NCBI GenBank assembly: GCA_022241605.1
Contig: JAKOMQ010000020.1
Coordinates: 9,242 to 73,241, forward strand
Direction of reading: 5' to 3'
Length of the DNA stretch: 64,000 nt
From: Aquimonas sp.
Lineage (GTDB): Bacteria > Pseudomonadota > Gammaproteobacteria > Xanthomonadales > Xanthomonadaceae
Shown here piece by piece: positions 40,399 through 49,772 of the stretch. The translations under genes and the position numbers were made by a program. The first letter of the stretch is position 1. Every line of letters starts with the position of its first letter. The notes beneath the pieces are model-generated. The model was given only the letters and a program-made list of their open reading frames with translations. It searched no databases and had not been told where the DNA came from.

Positions 40399-42060
40399 TC
40401 AGCGCGTCGCGGCGCGCTCGCGCTGGGCCTGCACGAGGCGGGTGAACTCAGGGCCGAAGGCGGCGCCTAGCTGGCGAAAAGCTGAAAAGCGCGCTGGATC
40501 AAGGCCGATTTCGGACGTCGCACCGGCATCTGCCCACCACAGGCCGAGCGTGCGTGCACCGTGGCGTGCAGCCGCCAGGGCGAAGCCGCCGCTGGGCGGC
40601 CACTCGCGCAGGGCCTCCGGCAGCTTGGCGCGCACGCTTTCGACCTGGGCGGGCTGGATCCAGAAGGCCTCCAGCTGACCGCGCAGCAGTTTGGCCAGCA
40701 GATCTTCCGGCGCCAGCGCGAACCGCAGCCGTCGCACTGCCGCGGGGTCGTGGTGGCCGTGCGCGAAGTAGCAGCCGAGCTGGCCGCCCTCCGCGCTCAG
40801 GAACAAGGCGCAGCGCGACAGGCCGATCTCCGCCAGCGCACCGACGTGCGCTGCGAACAGGGCCCGAAGGTCGGTCAGCCGTCTTTCGCGGCAGTCCTGC
40901 AGGTAGGTGTGCAGGGGGGCCTGCGCTGGCGCATTCGCTGCCGGCTGCGAGGGGCGGCTGGCGTGTTCGCTGGCGCTGGCCGGCGCAGGACTGGTTGCCG
41001 TCGGCGTTGACGGCCCAGCTGCGCGCGCGGGTGATTCCGATAAGGCCGCCGCTGGCGCGGGTGCTGGCGCGGGTCGCGCTCGCGGCGCTCGCGGCGGCTT
41101 CAGCAGGCCGTTGGCGGGCGCAAGAAGGCCGCGTCGAAAGCGCAGTTCGCCGCTGGCGTAGACCGCTTGCCGCTGCAGGCCCTGCAGCACCTCCTCGCGC
41201 TCGCGCCCCAGCCAGCAGGCAGCCGCCGAAACCATGCCGTTGAACCGGGAGCTGAACCAGTCGTGCCGGGCCTCATGCGCAAGCAGGCCCGCAAGGCTGC
41301 ACAGCGGCATCGGCGCGCGCAGCGCAGCGGCGTCGGCCTCACTGAGCTCGCGCTGTTCGGGTGGAAGGCGCCCTTGCCTGGCAGCCGTTGCCAACAGCAT
41401 CGGCGCCAATGCCGCGTCGACGCCGAGGGCGGGCGCATGGCGCCAGCCAAGATCTTGAAGATGCAGGGTCGAGAGCTGGCTCAGGTCGCAGCCCCACACC
41501 GTCAGTTCGACTGGCGCGCGCCGCTCACCGGCTTCCACCCGTGCCTCCACGTCGGCGGCACGCTCGGGCTCGATCAGGGGCAGCTTCCAGCGCGCCACGC
41601 CCGCCGCCACGGTGAACCATTGGCGGGCGTCTTCATCGCTGGCCAGCGCTGCGCGCAGCCAGCGCAGCACGAACAGGCCGGCGAGACGGCTGTCGGCCAT
41701 GGCCTGCAGCGCCATACGCATGCCCGGTTGGCGAGGGTCGAGGCGGTGCTGGGCCAGTGGCCGAGCCAGGGCCTGCAGCTGGTCGAGCCCCAGCAGATTG
41801 ATGCAGTGCTTGAGCCCACGCGGCGCGATGGCGCGCTCGCTGCGGTGTCCTGCGCAGAGGATGGCCAGGGCCAGCGCCGGCTCAAGCTCGGCCTGTGCCA
41901 GCAGCGCCGGCAGCTGTACCTGCTGTCCCTGCAGTGCTCCGAATTCAAGCGGGCTCCCCAGCGCCGGCAGTGGCGTATCGCGCAACCGTTGCCGCCATGA
42001 CTGCAGGTGATGTTCTGCGGATCCGGCAGCGGCCGGTGAAGGAGCTGGAAGCGTGGGCAC
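40399..42060 (-). CDS. HDOD-domain-like signalling protein with Pro/Ala linker and GAF-like C-terminus
   Basis: EPALALAIL..GLKHCINLLGLDQL resembles the HDOD pattern; start uncertain (GTG 42060 or 42144). Confidence 0.6.
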   Translation of the reverse strand: MPTLPAPSPAAAGSAEHHLQSWRQRLRDTPLPALGSPLEFGALQGQQVQLPALLAQAELEPALALAILCAGHRSERAIAPRGLKHCINLLGLDQLQALARPLAQHRLDPRQPGMRMALQAMADSRLAGLFVLRWLRAALASDEDARQWFTVAAGVARWKLPLIEPERAADVEARVEAGERRAPVELTVWGCDLSQLSTLHLQDLGWRHAPALGVDAALAPMLLATAARQGRLPPEQRELSEADAAALRAPMPLCSLAGLLAHEARHDWFSSRFNGMVSAAACWLGREREEVLQGLQRQAVYASGELRFRRGLLAPANGLLKPPRAPRARPAPAPAPAAALSESPARAAGPSTPTATSPAPASASEHASRPSQPAANAPAQAPLHTYLQDCRERRLTDLRALFAAHVGALAEIGLSRCALFLSAEGGQLGCYFAHGHHDPAAVRRLRFALAPEDLLAKLLRGQLEAFWIQPAQVESVRAKLPEALREWPPSGGFALAAARHGARTLGLWWADAGATSEIGLDPARFSAFRQLGAAFGPEFTRLVQAQRERAATR

Positions 42061-42152
42061 GTGTGGACAGTGGATTGGAGACAGCGCGAGTTTAGCTCTA
42101 CGCAGCGATCGGCCACGCGGCCGCCTGCAGCAGGAGTGGGCCAAGCGCTCTG

Positions 42153-43016
42153 TCAGGTCGGGCAGTGCTCGCGGATGAACTGCTGGATCGCGGCGGCGGC
42201 CTTGGCCGGCTCGGCGATATGCAGGTGATGTCCTCCGGCCAGCCGTAGACAGACCGCCTGGGGCACGCAGCCGAGCCGAGTCTTGACCTCCAGTCGCGGC
42301 AGTCGTGGGTCCGGCGTTTCCGCCGCCAGCACCAGCACTGGGCAGGCGATGGCGGCCAACAGGGCCTGCACCTGTGTTTCAGACAAGGGCAGGGCGGAGG
42401 GCAGCTGCAGGCGCGGGTCGGCCGCCCAGATCCAACCGCCATCGACCGCCTTGAGTGCGCGCTCCACCAGCGCTCTGGCCTGGTCCGGGCGAAGCCCGTT
42501 GAGCTGGGCGCGTTGGGCGGTTGCATCCTCCACGGAGGCGAACAGCCGCCGTTTCGGCGTGGGCTCGCCGCGCGCACGAAAGGCCCGGCGAAGTCGCGCT
42601 GCGGCCTCGCTCTCAGTCAGGCTCAGGGGGCCCAACGCGTCGATGCTGAGGAGTGCCGAGCATCGCTCAGGGGCCGCGACCGCCATCAAACTGGCGATGG
42701 CAGCGCCCATGGAGTGGCCAAGCAGAATGCAATCCGCCCAGCCCATGGTGTCCAGCAGCTGCATCAGGTCGGGCAAGTGGTCTACCAGCGCATAGCTGCC
42801 GCCGACAGGACGCCAGTCCGAGCGGCCGTGGCCGGCGAGGTCCGGGGCGAGAATCTCGCAGTCAGGCAACGCCTCCGCCAGGCCGAGGAAGCTGGCGGCG
42901 TTGTCGAGCCAGCCGTGCAATGCGAGCAGGCGCAGGCGCCGGTTCTCGCCGCCGCCCCAGTGCAGCGCGTGCAGTCGAAGCCCGTTCACTTCGAAGCTGC
43001 ACTCGCGGGCTTTCAC
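42153..43016 (-). CDS. Alpha/beta hydrolase
   Basis: LHGWLDNAASF, DLAGHGRS, GHSMG, GGHHLH; GTG overlaps the hemH stop. Confidence 0.9.
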   Translation of the reverse strand: MKARECSFEVNGLRLHALHWGGGENRRLRLLALHGWLDNAASFLGLAEALPDCEILAPDLAGHGRSDWRPVGGSYALVDHLPDLMQLLDTMGWADCILLGHSMGAAIASLMAVAAPERCSALLSIDALGPLSLTESEAAARLRRAFRARGEPTPKRRLFASVEDATAQRAQLNGLRPDQARALVERALKAVDGGWIWAADPRLQLPSALPLSETQVQALLAAIACPVLVLAAETPDPRLPRLEVKTRLGCVPQAVCLRLAGGHHLHIAEPAKAAAAIQQFIREHCPT

Positions 43017-44122
43017 TCGGGTGCCTGGAACCGCTCGAAGCGCGCAGCGCGCTCTGCTTCCTCGGCCTGCTGGGCAGCCACCGGCCAAGGCGCAGGGTCG
43101 AACTCCGCCCAGCCGCTTCCGTGTCGGAGCAGCAGCGGCAGCAGGGCCTGCACGTGGGCTGGGCTGTCGTTGAGCGCAGGGATGTAGCTCAAGGTTTCGC
43201 CGCCGGCCTCCCGGAAGTATTCGGCGTTCTCACCGGCGATCTCCTCGACCGTCTCCAGGCAGTCCACCGCGAACCCCGGGCACACCACGTCGAGACGCCT
43301 GACGCCTTCCTTCGCGAGGGTGCGCACGGTTTCGTCCGTGTAGGGCTTCAGCCACTCCTCGCGGCCTACCCGCGACTGGAAGCTCAGGGTCCACTCCTGC
43401 GGCCCCAGGCCCAGCCGCGACGCCACTTCGCGGGCGCCGTGATGGCACAGGCAGTGGTAGGGGTCACCGGAGCGGAAGTAGCGCTTGGGAATTCCGTGGA
43501 AGGAAAACAGCAGGCGCTCGCCGCGGCCGTGCGTGTTCCAATGCGCGCGCACCGAGTTGGCGACCGCATCCAGCCAGGCCGGCTCGCGGTGGTAGTCGGT
43601 GATGAAACGCAGCTCGGGCGTCCAGCGCCAGCGCTTGAGCGCGTCGACCACCGCATCGAAGACCGATGCCGTGGTGGTGGCGGAAAATTGCGGGTACATC
43701 GGCAGCACCAGCAGCCTGCGAACGCCCTCCGCGCGCAGCTCATCCAGCACGCTGGCAATCGAGGGATTGCCGTAGCGCATGGCCATGCGCACCGTCAGCG
43801 GCCGTTCATCGGTGGCAAGCGCGCGCTGCAGGCCCTCGGCCAGATTGCGGGTGTGCACCATCAGGGGCGAGCCCTGCTCGGTCCAGACTTCGTGGTAAGC
43901 CTTGGCCGAACGCCGCGAGCGCAGCGGCAGGATGACCCCGTACAGCAGCGGCAGCCAAAGCAGGCGAGGCAGTTCGATCACTCGTGGGTCCGACAGGAAC
44001 TCCCGCAGGTAGCGGCGCACGGCGCCTGGCGTTGGAGCGTCCGGCGTGCCGAGGTTGACCAACAGGACGGCGGCGCGTTCGGTGCTGCCGTGGCGGTAGT
44101 CGGGTCGACCCAGATACGTCAT
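43013..44122 (-). CDS. hemH: Ferrochelatase
   Basis: LLVNLGTPDAP, FLSDPRV, MRYGNP, FSFHGIP, FQSRVG.EEWLKPYT, DCLETVEEI. Confidence 0.96.
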   Translation of the reverse strand: MTYLGRPDYRHGSTERAAVLLVNLGTPDAPTPGAVRRYLREFLSDPRVIELPRLLWLPLLYGVILPLRSRRSAKAYHEVWTEQGSPLMVHTRNLAEGLQRALATDERPLTVRMAMRYGNPSIASVLDELRAEGVRRLLVLPMYPQFSATTTASVFDAVVDALKRWRWTPELRFITDYHREPAWLDAVANSVRAHWNTHGRGERLLFSFHGIPKRYFRSGDPYHCLCHHGAREVASRLGLGPQEWTLSFQSRVGREEWLKPYTDETVRTLAKEGVRRLDVVCPGFAVDCLETVEEIAGENAEYFREAGGETLSYIPALNDSPAHVQALLPLLLRHGSGWAEFDPAPWPVAAQQAEEAERAARFERFQAPE

Positions 44123-44336
44123 TTCATCTCCAATTCGAAGTACAGGCCGGCGGCCATGCGGTCACGCGAGGCCGATCGCGGATTCTTTCACAGGCGCCGA
44201 GGGTGGGGGGCGGTGCCGATCGAGCGGCAGCCTGACCGCCGCGGCGCTGGTCTTGTTGCCCGGCACCCTGTTATTCTCGGGAGAGGCGCCGCCAGAGCGC
44301 CGTGACGATTGCTCAAGACCCACAGGACCCTGGTCC

Positions 44337-45296
44337 ATGCGCCCCATCCGTTGGCTGTCAGCAGGCCTCTGCCTTCTGTTCGCTGCCCAGAGCAGCGCGC
44401 AAGGCCACGGGTTCGCCTCGGGCTTCGACGTGCAGTCCGGCCTCGAATCTCTTTATCGAATCAACCTCGCTACCGGAGCCGCTGTCCGCGTCGGAGCGTT
44501 CGGCTTCCGCGATGTCGACGGTCTCGCGTTTGACCGCGACGGGCGGCTGTACGGCGCTGCCGACGGCAGCAGCGAATCCGGTGGCATCAGCGACCTGCTC
44601 ATCCGCATCGACACCACGACGGGTGCCGGCAGCCTTGTGGTGCCCCTTACGGGGCTCGCAGGCTTGGGCCCGGGCCTCGGCGGTCAGCTCGACTATGGGC
44701 TTGCGATCGGCTGCGATGGCAAGGCGTGGTTGTCCTCCGACACCTTGGGCCACGTGTGGGAGGTGGATCGGAGCAGTGGCAGCGTGCGGCGCGTGATCGA
44801 GTCAGGCCCCCTGCTTTCCGGCCTCGCGGCGCGTGGTCCGTTCCTGTTTGGCGTGTCGATCGCGCCCGACGAGGCGCTTTATCGGATCGACACGCGCAGC
44901 CTCGCGATCGAGCGCGTCGGCGGCCTGAACCTCGACAATCGCATCTACGACGTAGGGCTCGATTTCGACGCGGAGGGTCGGCTGTGGGCGACGCTTGACT
45001 ACCTCGTGCCGCCCGACGGTGCGCCGGTGGTGTTCCGCAACGATCTCGCCGAGCTGGATCCTGCCAGCGGGCGAGTACTGCGCCGCATACCGATCTCCGG
45101 TGCGGGCACGGGCATCAATACCGTGCAGATGGAGGGGCTCGCGATCGCGCCGCCCGAGTGCAGCAACTTCGAGGCCGGGGCACCGCCCGCCAGTTCCACA
45201 CCGCAGGTGGTTCCGGCAGGCGATTGGCCCACCTGGCTGCTGATCGCACTGGCGCTGGGCGGGCTTGGACTCCTGCGTCTCCGGCATCAGCACTGA
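44337..45296 (+). CDS. Secreted propeller-like protein with C-terminal sorting/anchor segment
   Basis: Signal peptide; LYRINLATG and GLAFDRDGRLYG blades; tail VPAGDWPTWLLIALALGGLGLLRLRHQH. Confidence 0.8.
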   Translation: MRPIRWLSAGLCLLFAAQSSAQGHGFASGFDVQSGLESLYRINLATGAAVRVGAFGFRDVDGLAFDRDGRLYGAADGSSESGGISDLLIRIDTTTGAGSLVVPLTGLAGLGPGLGGQLDYGLAIGCDGKAWLSSDTLGHVWEVDRSSGSVRRVIESGPLLSGLAARGPFLFGVSIAPDEALYRIDTRSLAIERVGGLNLDNRIYDVGLDFDAEGRLWATLDYLVPPDGAPVVFRNDLAELDPASGRVLRRIPISGAGTGINTVQMEGLAIAPPECSNFEAGAPPASSTPQVVPAGDWPTWLLIALALGGLGLLRLRHQH

Positions 45297-45474
45297 GAGC
45301 ATGTGAAAAAACCATCCGCCTGCTGCGGCCGCCGCTGGACGCTCGTGGCGGCAGCGCGCTACGCGAATCCTGCGGTCATTTGGCCCGCCAAACTCCCTTG
45401 AATTCGCGCAGCCCGCCTTGCCACGAACGACCAGCGACCCCCTCGCGACGGCGTCTGGATCTTTTCACACGCTC
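45297..45474. mobile_element. MITE-like element family 1, copy 1 (178 bp)
   Basis: Terminal inverted repeats GAGCATGTGAAAA / TTTTCACACGCTC flanked by TGA on both sides; second copy at 60022. Confidence 0.75.
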
Positions 45475-45575
45475 TGAGCCCTTGGGCCGTGTCCGGCCAG
45501 GGCGGATAAGCCGCCGTTCATCCCTCGCGTCGCTATAGTCCGGCCCGTCCCCAAAACTGAATGAATGGAGTTTGC

Positions 45576-46256
45576 ATGCACGCGATCACGCGCTTGCTCC
45601 TGCTGCTGTCCGCCCTGTTTCTGGCGCTGCCGGCCCTTGCTGCTTCCGCTCCCGAGCGCCGCGTCGAGAACGCCGTGCGGGTACTGGATGAAATCATGCG
45701 TTCGCCGGACCGCGGCATCCCCAGCCGTATGCTGCAGGATGCCTACGCTATCGCCGTCATCCCCGACGTGGTCAAAGCCGGGCTGGTGATCGGCGGCCGT
45801 CGCGGCCGCGGCGTGATCAGCGTGCGCACCCCGGACGGCACATGGAGCCACCCGGCGTTCATCACCCTGACCGGCGGCAGCATTGGCTTCCAAGCCGGCG
45901 TGCAGTCGACCGACGTGATCCTCGTGTTTCGCAGTGCGCGCGGCGTCGACTCCATCGTCAACGGCAAGTTCACGCTGGGGGCGGATGCCGCGGTCGCCGC
46001 TGGCCCGGTTGGCCGCACGGCGCAGGCATCCACGGATGGTGAGCTCAAGGCCGAGATCCTCTCTTACTCCCGCGCACGCGGCCTGTTCGCGGGCGTCGCG
46101 CTGGATGGGGGTGTTCTGTCGATCGATCACCGCGCCAACCAGGGCACCTACGGCCGCAACGTGACCCCGCGCGCCATCTTCGAAGGGCGTGTCGCCACCG
46201 ATCCCGCGTTTCTGGTCGACTTCCGCGATCGGCTGGAGGAATACAGCCAGCGATGA
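45576..46256 (+). CDS. Lipid-binding SYLF (Ysc84) domain protein
   Basis: [53 protein letters not shown]; GGAG RBS. Confidence 0.92.
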   Translation: MHAITRLLLLLSALFLALPALAASAPERRVENAVRVLDEIMRSPDRGIPSRMLQDAYAIAVIPDVVKAGLVIGGRRGRGVISVRTPDGTWSHPAFITLTGGSIGFQAGVQSTDVILVFRSARGVDSIVNGKFTLGADAAVAAGPVGRTAQASTDGELKAEILSYSRARGLFAGVALDGGVLSIDHRANQGTYGRNVTPRAIFEGRVATDPAFLVDFRDRLEEYSQR

Positions 46257-46330
46257 ATCCCGCGCTGGCTGTCATCGCAGCGACAACGCTGCTGCGCTAT
46301 GCTCCTCCTCCTGTCTGTTGGAGAACTACC

Positions 46331-46552
46331 ATGGGTGCCTTCAGTATCTGGCATTGGCTCGTCGTGCTTGCCGTCATCGTGCTGGTGTTCGGCACCAAAA
46401 AGCTGCGCAACGTCGGCGGTGATCTCGGCGCTGCCATCAAGAGTTTCCGCAAGGGGATGCAGGACGAGGACGCCCCGGCCGGCAAATTGGGTGAAGATGC
46501 CAAGGCCAAGGACGCCGCTGCTGCCGACAAGGCCGCCGAGCGCCGGGACTGA
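46331..46552 (+). CDS. tatA: Tat translocase TatA
   Basis: [33 protein letters not shown]. Confidence 0.96.
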   Translation: MGAFSIWHWLVVLAVIVLVFGTKKLRNVGGDLGAAIKSFRKGMQDEDAPAGKLGEDAKAKDAAAADKAAERRD

Positions 46553-46561
46553 TCCTGCCCC

Positions 46562-47065
46562 ATGTTTGACCTCAGCGTTTTCGAGCTCGGGGTCATCGCC
46601 GTGGTGGCCCTGTTGGTGCTCGGCCCCGAGCGCCTTCCCAAGGCCGCGCGCACCGTGGGGTTCTACGTGCGAAAGGCCCGCCAGAGCTGGTTCTCGGTGC
46701 GCGCGGAGTTTGAACGCGAGCTCGCTGCCGAGGAGCTCAAGCGCAGCCTGAAGCTGGACGAGATCCACGCAACACTCGACCACACCGCGGCCGAGCTGAA
46801 GCGCGGGCTCTCCTCCCAGGCGGACACAGCCGCAGCGGATGCTGACGACGGTGGCCTCAGCCCGGAGGAGCGTGCACGCCAGCTCGAAGCTGCAGGCCCG
46901 GAGTCCGGGGACACGGATCGCGATCAGATCGGTGTGGATCACACTGTGCCGACCGAAGCAGACGCGCGGTCGATGAGCGTCGCGGACGAGCCGGCGGCAC
47001 CGGATGACGGATCGGGGTCTTCCGCGGCTCCACCTGCAGCGCCTCCGCCCGAGCCCCGCCAATGA
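46562..47065 (+). CDS. tatB: Tat translocase TatB
   Basis: MFD....EL..IAVVALLVLGPERLPKAARTVG. Confidence 0.95.
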   Translation: MFDLSVFELGVIAVVALLVLGPERLPKAARTVGFYVRKARQSWFSVRAEFERELAAEELKRSLKLDEIHATLDHTAAELKRGLSSQADTAAADADDGGLSPEERARQLEAAGPESGDTDRDQIGVDHTVPTEADARSMSVADEPAAPDDGSGSSAAPPAAPPPEPRQ

Positions 47066-47820
47066 GTTCCCAGCATGAGCCCCTGCCGGAGGATGGCGAG
47101 CAGACCCTGCTCTCGCATCTGATCGAGCTGCGTGCGCGCCTGCTGCGGGCCGTGCTGGCGGTGCTGGTGCTCTTCATTGCACTCGTGCCGTTCGCCAACC
47201 GCGTCTATGCCGTGTTCGCGCAGCCCTTGATCGACAAGCTGCCCGAAGGCTCGCAGATGGTCGCCATCGACGTGGCCAGCCCTTTCTTTGCCCCGATCAA
47301 GCTGGCCTTTGTGGTGGCGCTGATGGGGGCGATGCCGGCAGTGCTCTATCAGATATGGGCCTTCGTAGCGCCTGGCCTCTACCAGCACGAGCGCCGTTTG
47401 GCCCTGCCTCTGCTGGCAACCGCCACCGGTCTGTTTTACGCCGGCGTCGCGTTCGCCTACTTCCTGGTGCTGCCGGTGGTGTTCACCTTCATCCTCGGAG
47501 TCTCTCCCGAGGGTGTGGCGGTGATGACCGACATCAGCCGCTATCTGGATTTCGTGCTGGTGCTGTTCCTCGCCTTCGGCTTCAGCTTCGAGGTGCCGGT
47601 GGCGGTGGTGGTGATGGGCCTGCTCGGCTGGGTGAGCATCGAGCAAATGAAGGAGGCACGCCCCTACGTGATCGTCGGCGCCTTTGTCGTTGCTGCCATC
47701 ATCACCCCGCCGGACGTCATCTCACAGCTGATGCTGGCGATCCCGATGGCCTTGCTTTACGAGGTGGGCATCATCGCCACCCGCATGCTGCTGAAAAGGC
47801 GGCAAGCCGCCGTCTCCTGA
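47062..47820 (+). CDS. tatC: Tat translocase TatC
   Basis: LSHLIELRARL, YQIWAFVAPGLY..E, FEVPV, TPPDVISQ. Confidence 0.96.
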   Translation: MSSQHEPLPEDGEQTLLSHLIELRARLLRAVLAVLVLFIALVPFANRVYAVFAQPLIDKLPEGSQMVAIDVASPFFAPIKLAFVVALMGAMPAVLYQIWAFVAPGLYQHERRLALPLLATATGLFYAGVAFAYFLVLPVVFTFILGVSPEGVAVMTDISRYLDFVLVLFLAFGFSFEVPVAVVVMGLLGWVSIEQMKEARPYVIVGAFVVAAIITPPDVISQLMLAIPMALLYEVGIIATRMLLKRRQAAVS

Positions 47821-48190
47821 GCTTCGCGGCCGGTGGGCTGCGCAGCCCGAGCGGGCGTAGTGGAGGCCGATGTTCTCCGTTGCTCGCCAAGGCTCGCGCT
47901 GAATCGTGGTGACTGTTGCCGTGGGACTGGCGACAAGCCGGAGAAGCGGGCACCCCAGTGGCTGGGATACCCGGCCGTCGCCTGCCAAGCCTGCATGCCT
48001 CCGTGCGACACGAGATTGAGGCCTCGGGCGGGCGCCGTCGCAAGGTGTCCGGGCTTGGCCCCACCTGCCAGCCAGGCCTTGGGCGATAACAGAGGTTTCT
48101 GGCCTCGGGATTTCCGAGGGTTTGCAAACGCGCCGCCCGCTGCGCAGAGAGGGCGGCTCTGGAGATATCCAGCAGCGTGACGGTGTCGCG

Positions 48191-48994
48191 TCACACCTCG
48201 ATCTGGGGCGGAGCTGACGACGGCTGCGCGGCTTCATCGGCTTGCATCTGCTCACCCGCTGCAGGGAACACATCCCGCCAGGCGACGTAGAGCACCGCGG
48301 CGATCAGCGGGGTAAACACCACGCCCACCACGATCCCGCCCAGCAGAGGGATCAAGCTGCCAAACACCGCCGCCAGCACGAACCGACCGATCAAGAGGGC
48401 GAGCACGGTCAACAGAAACGCGGAGAAGTTGGCGATACAGGCCTGGGCACTCTCGCGCATGGCGGGAAAAGGCTCGATGCCGTCGAACATCACCCGCGGG
48501 ATCGCGAAGAAGAGCAGCGAGAAGGTGGCGACGACCAGCGGCAGCAGCACCAGCACCGCGGTCAGGATGCCGCCGGCCCCAAGCATGGCGATCACCGCCT
48601 CCGGCGAACTGATCTGGCTGCCAGCGGCAATCGCCGCACCGGCGAAGGTCAGCACGACCATCGTCAGCACCATGACCGAGACCACCACCAGCGCGAGGTA
48701 GGGCAAGCACAGGGCGATCAGGGCGCCAACCCGGTTCTCGGCCTTGAGGCCTGACAGCAAATGCTCGAAATCAGCGCCGGCGCCCTCGCGCTGGGCGCGC
48801 GCCGCGGCCGCCATTCCGGCATACAGGGCCGGGCCGATCACCAGCAGCACCAAGGCGCCCAGCAGCGGCACCAGCGAGATGAGGGTGACCGCAAGCCCCA
48901 TCAGCAGAAAGGGTGCCGGTTTGGCCATGATCAGGCGCGCGGCTTCGGTGATCCAGTTGACAGCATTGCCGGGTGGAACGGCGCGGTAGGACAT
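48191..48994 (-). CDS. BPSS1780-family membrane protein
   Basis: MSYRAVPPGNAVNWI..A start, several TM helices, AMRES..AC..N and LYVAWRDVF. Confidence 0.8.
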   Translation of the reverse strand: MSYRAVPPGNAVNWITEAARLIMAKPAPFLLMGLAVTLISLVPLLGALVLLVIGPALYAGMAAAARAQREGAGADFEHLLSGLKAENRVGALIALCLPYLALVVVSVMVLTMVVLTFAGAAIAAGSQISSPEAVIAMLGAGGILTAVLVLLPLVVATFSLLFFAIPRVMFDGIEPFPAMRESAQACIANFSAFLLTVLALLIGRFVLAAVFGSLIPLLGGIVVGVVFTPLIAAVLYVAWRDVFPAAGEQMQADEAAQPSSAPPQIEV

Positions 48995-49046
48995 GGGGGC
49001 TCCAGTAGGACGGTTGCGGGCCCACTCGGAACTGGGCCGGTGGGCT

Positions 49047-49772
49047 TCAGGAATGGGCGTGGCGGGCAAAGCGCACGAAGCGCCGCAGCACCTCACGCGC
49101 CCGTGGTGCGGGCTTGACGGCCCCGGACAGCTCACTGTGACAGCGGCCCTCGCGGCTGAGGTCTTCGCGGCGGGCGTGGATGTAGCCGCGCATCATGCGC
49201 GCGCTGAACTCGGGATGGAACTGCACTCCCCAGACCGAATCGCGCAGGCGGAAGGCCTGGCAGTCGTCCTGCTCCGAGTGCGCCAGCAGCGTGGCGCCGG
49301 GCGGCGGCGCCAGCACCGTCTGCAGATGGGTGGCGTGCGCGCGTAGCGATGGGCCGAGACCTGCGAACAGTGGATCGGCAGCGGCTTCGGGCTTGAGCTG
49401 CACGGCCACGGTGCCCATCTCGCGGCCGCGCGGGTTGTAGCCGACCTCTCCACCAAAGGCGTGGGCAAGCAGCTGATGGCCGTAGCAGATGCCGAACAGC
49501 GGCAGGCCGCGCGCATCGGCATCGCGCAGCCAGTCGGCGCTGCGTTCACTCCAGGGCAGACGTTCGGTGACCATGGCGCCGGAGCCGGTCACCAGCACGC
49601 CGGCATAGCGGCGCGGATTCGGCAGCTGGGCGTCGTCCATCACCGCGCAGACCGCAGTGTCGCGCGCGCCCAGGCCCGCCGCGACGCGGATCCAGTGGGT
49701 GAAGGGGCCGAGTCGGCGCAGCGCTGGCAGCGGCCGGCCGGTCTCCAGAATCAAAAAGGGCAGGGGGTTCAT
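49047..49772 (-). CDS. Class I glutamine amidotransferase (GMP-synthase-like)
   Basis: VTGSGAMV, GICYGHQL, GVQFHPE; ATG overlaps the upstream stop. Confidence 0.9.
   Translation of the reverse strand: MNPLPFLILETGRPLPALRRLGPFTHWIRVAAGLGARDTAVCAVMDDAQLPNPRRYAGVLVTGSGAMVTERLPWSERSADWLRDADARGLPLFGICYGHQLLAHAFGGEVGYNPRGREMGTVAVQLKPEAAADPLFAGLGPSLRAHATHLQTVLAPPPGATLLAHSEQDDCQAFRLRDSVWGVQFHPEFSARMMRGYIHARREDLSREGRCHSELSGAVKPAPRAREVLRRFVRFARHAHS

Noticed and set aside
47821-48190. Gene or ncRNA in the 370-bp gap after tatC
   Set aside because: Short ORFs lack coding features, and only minor hairpins were seen; no supportable call
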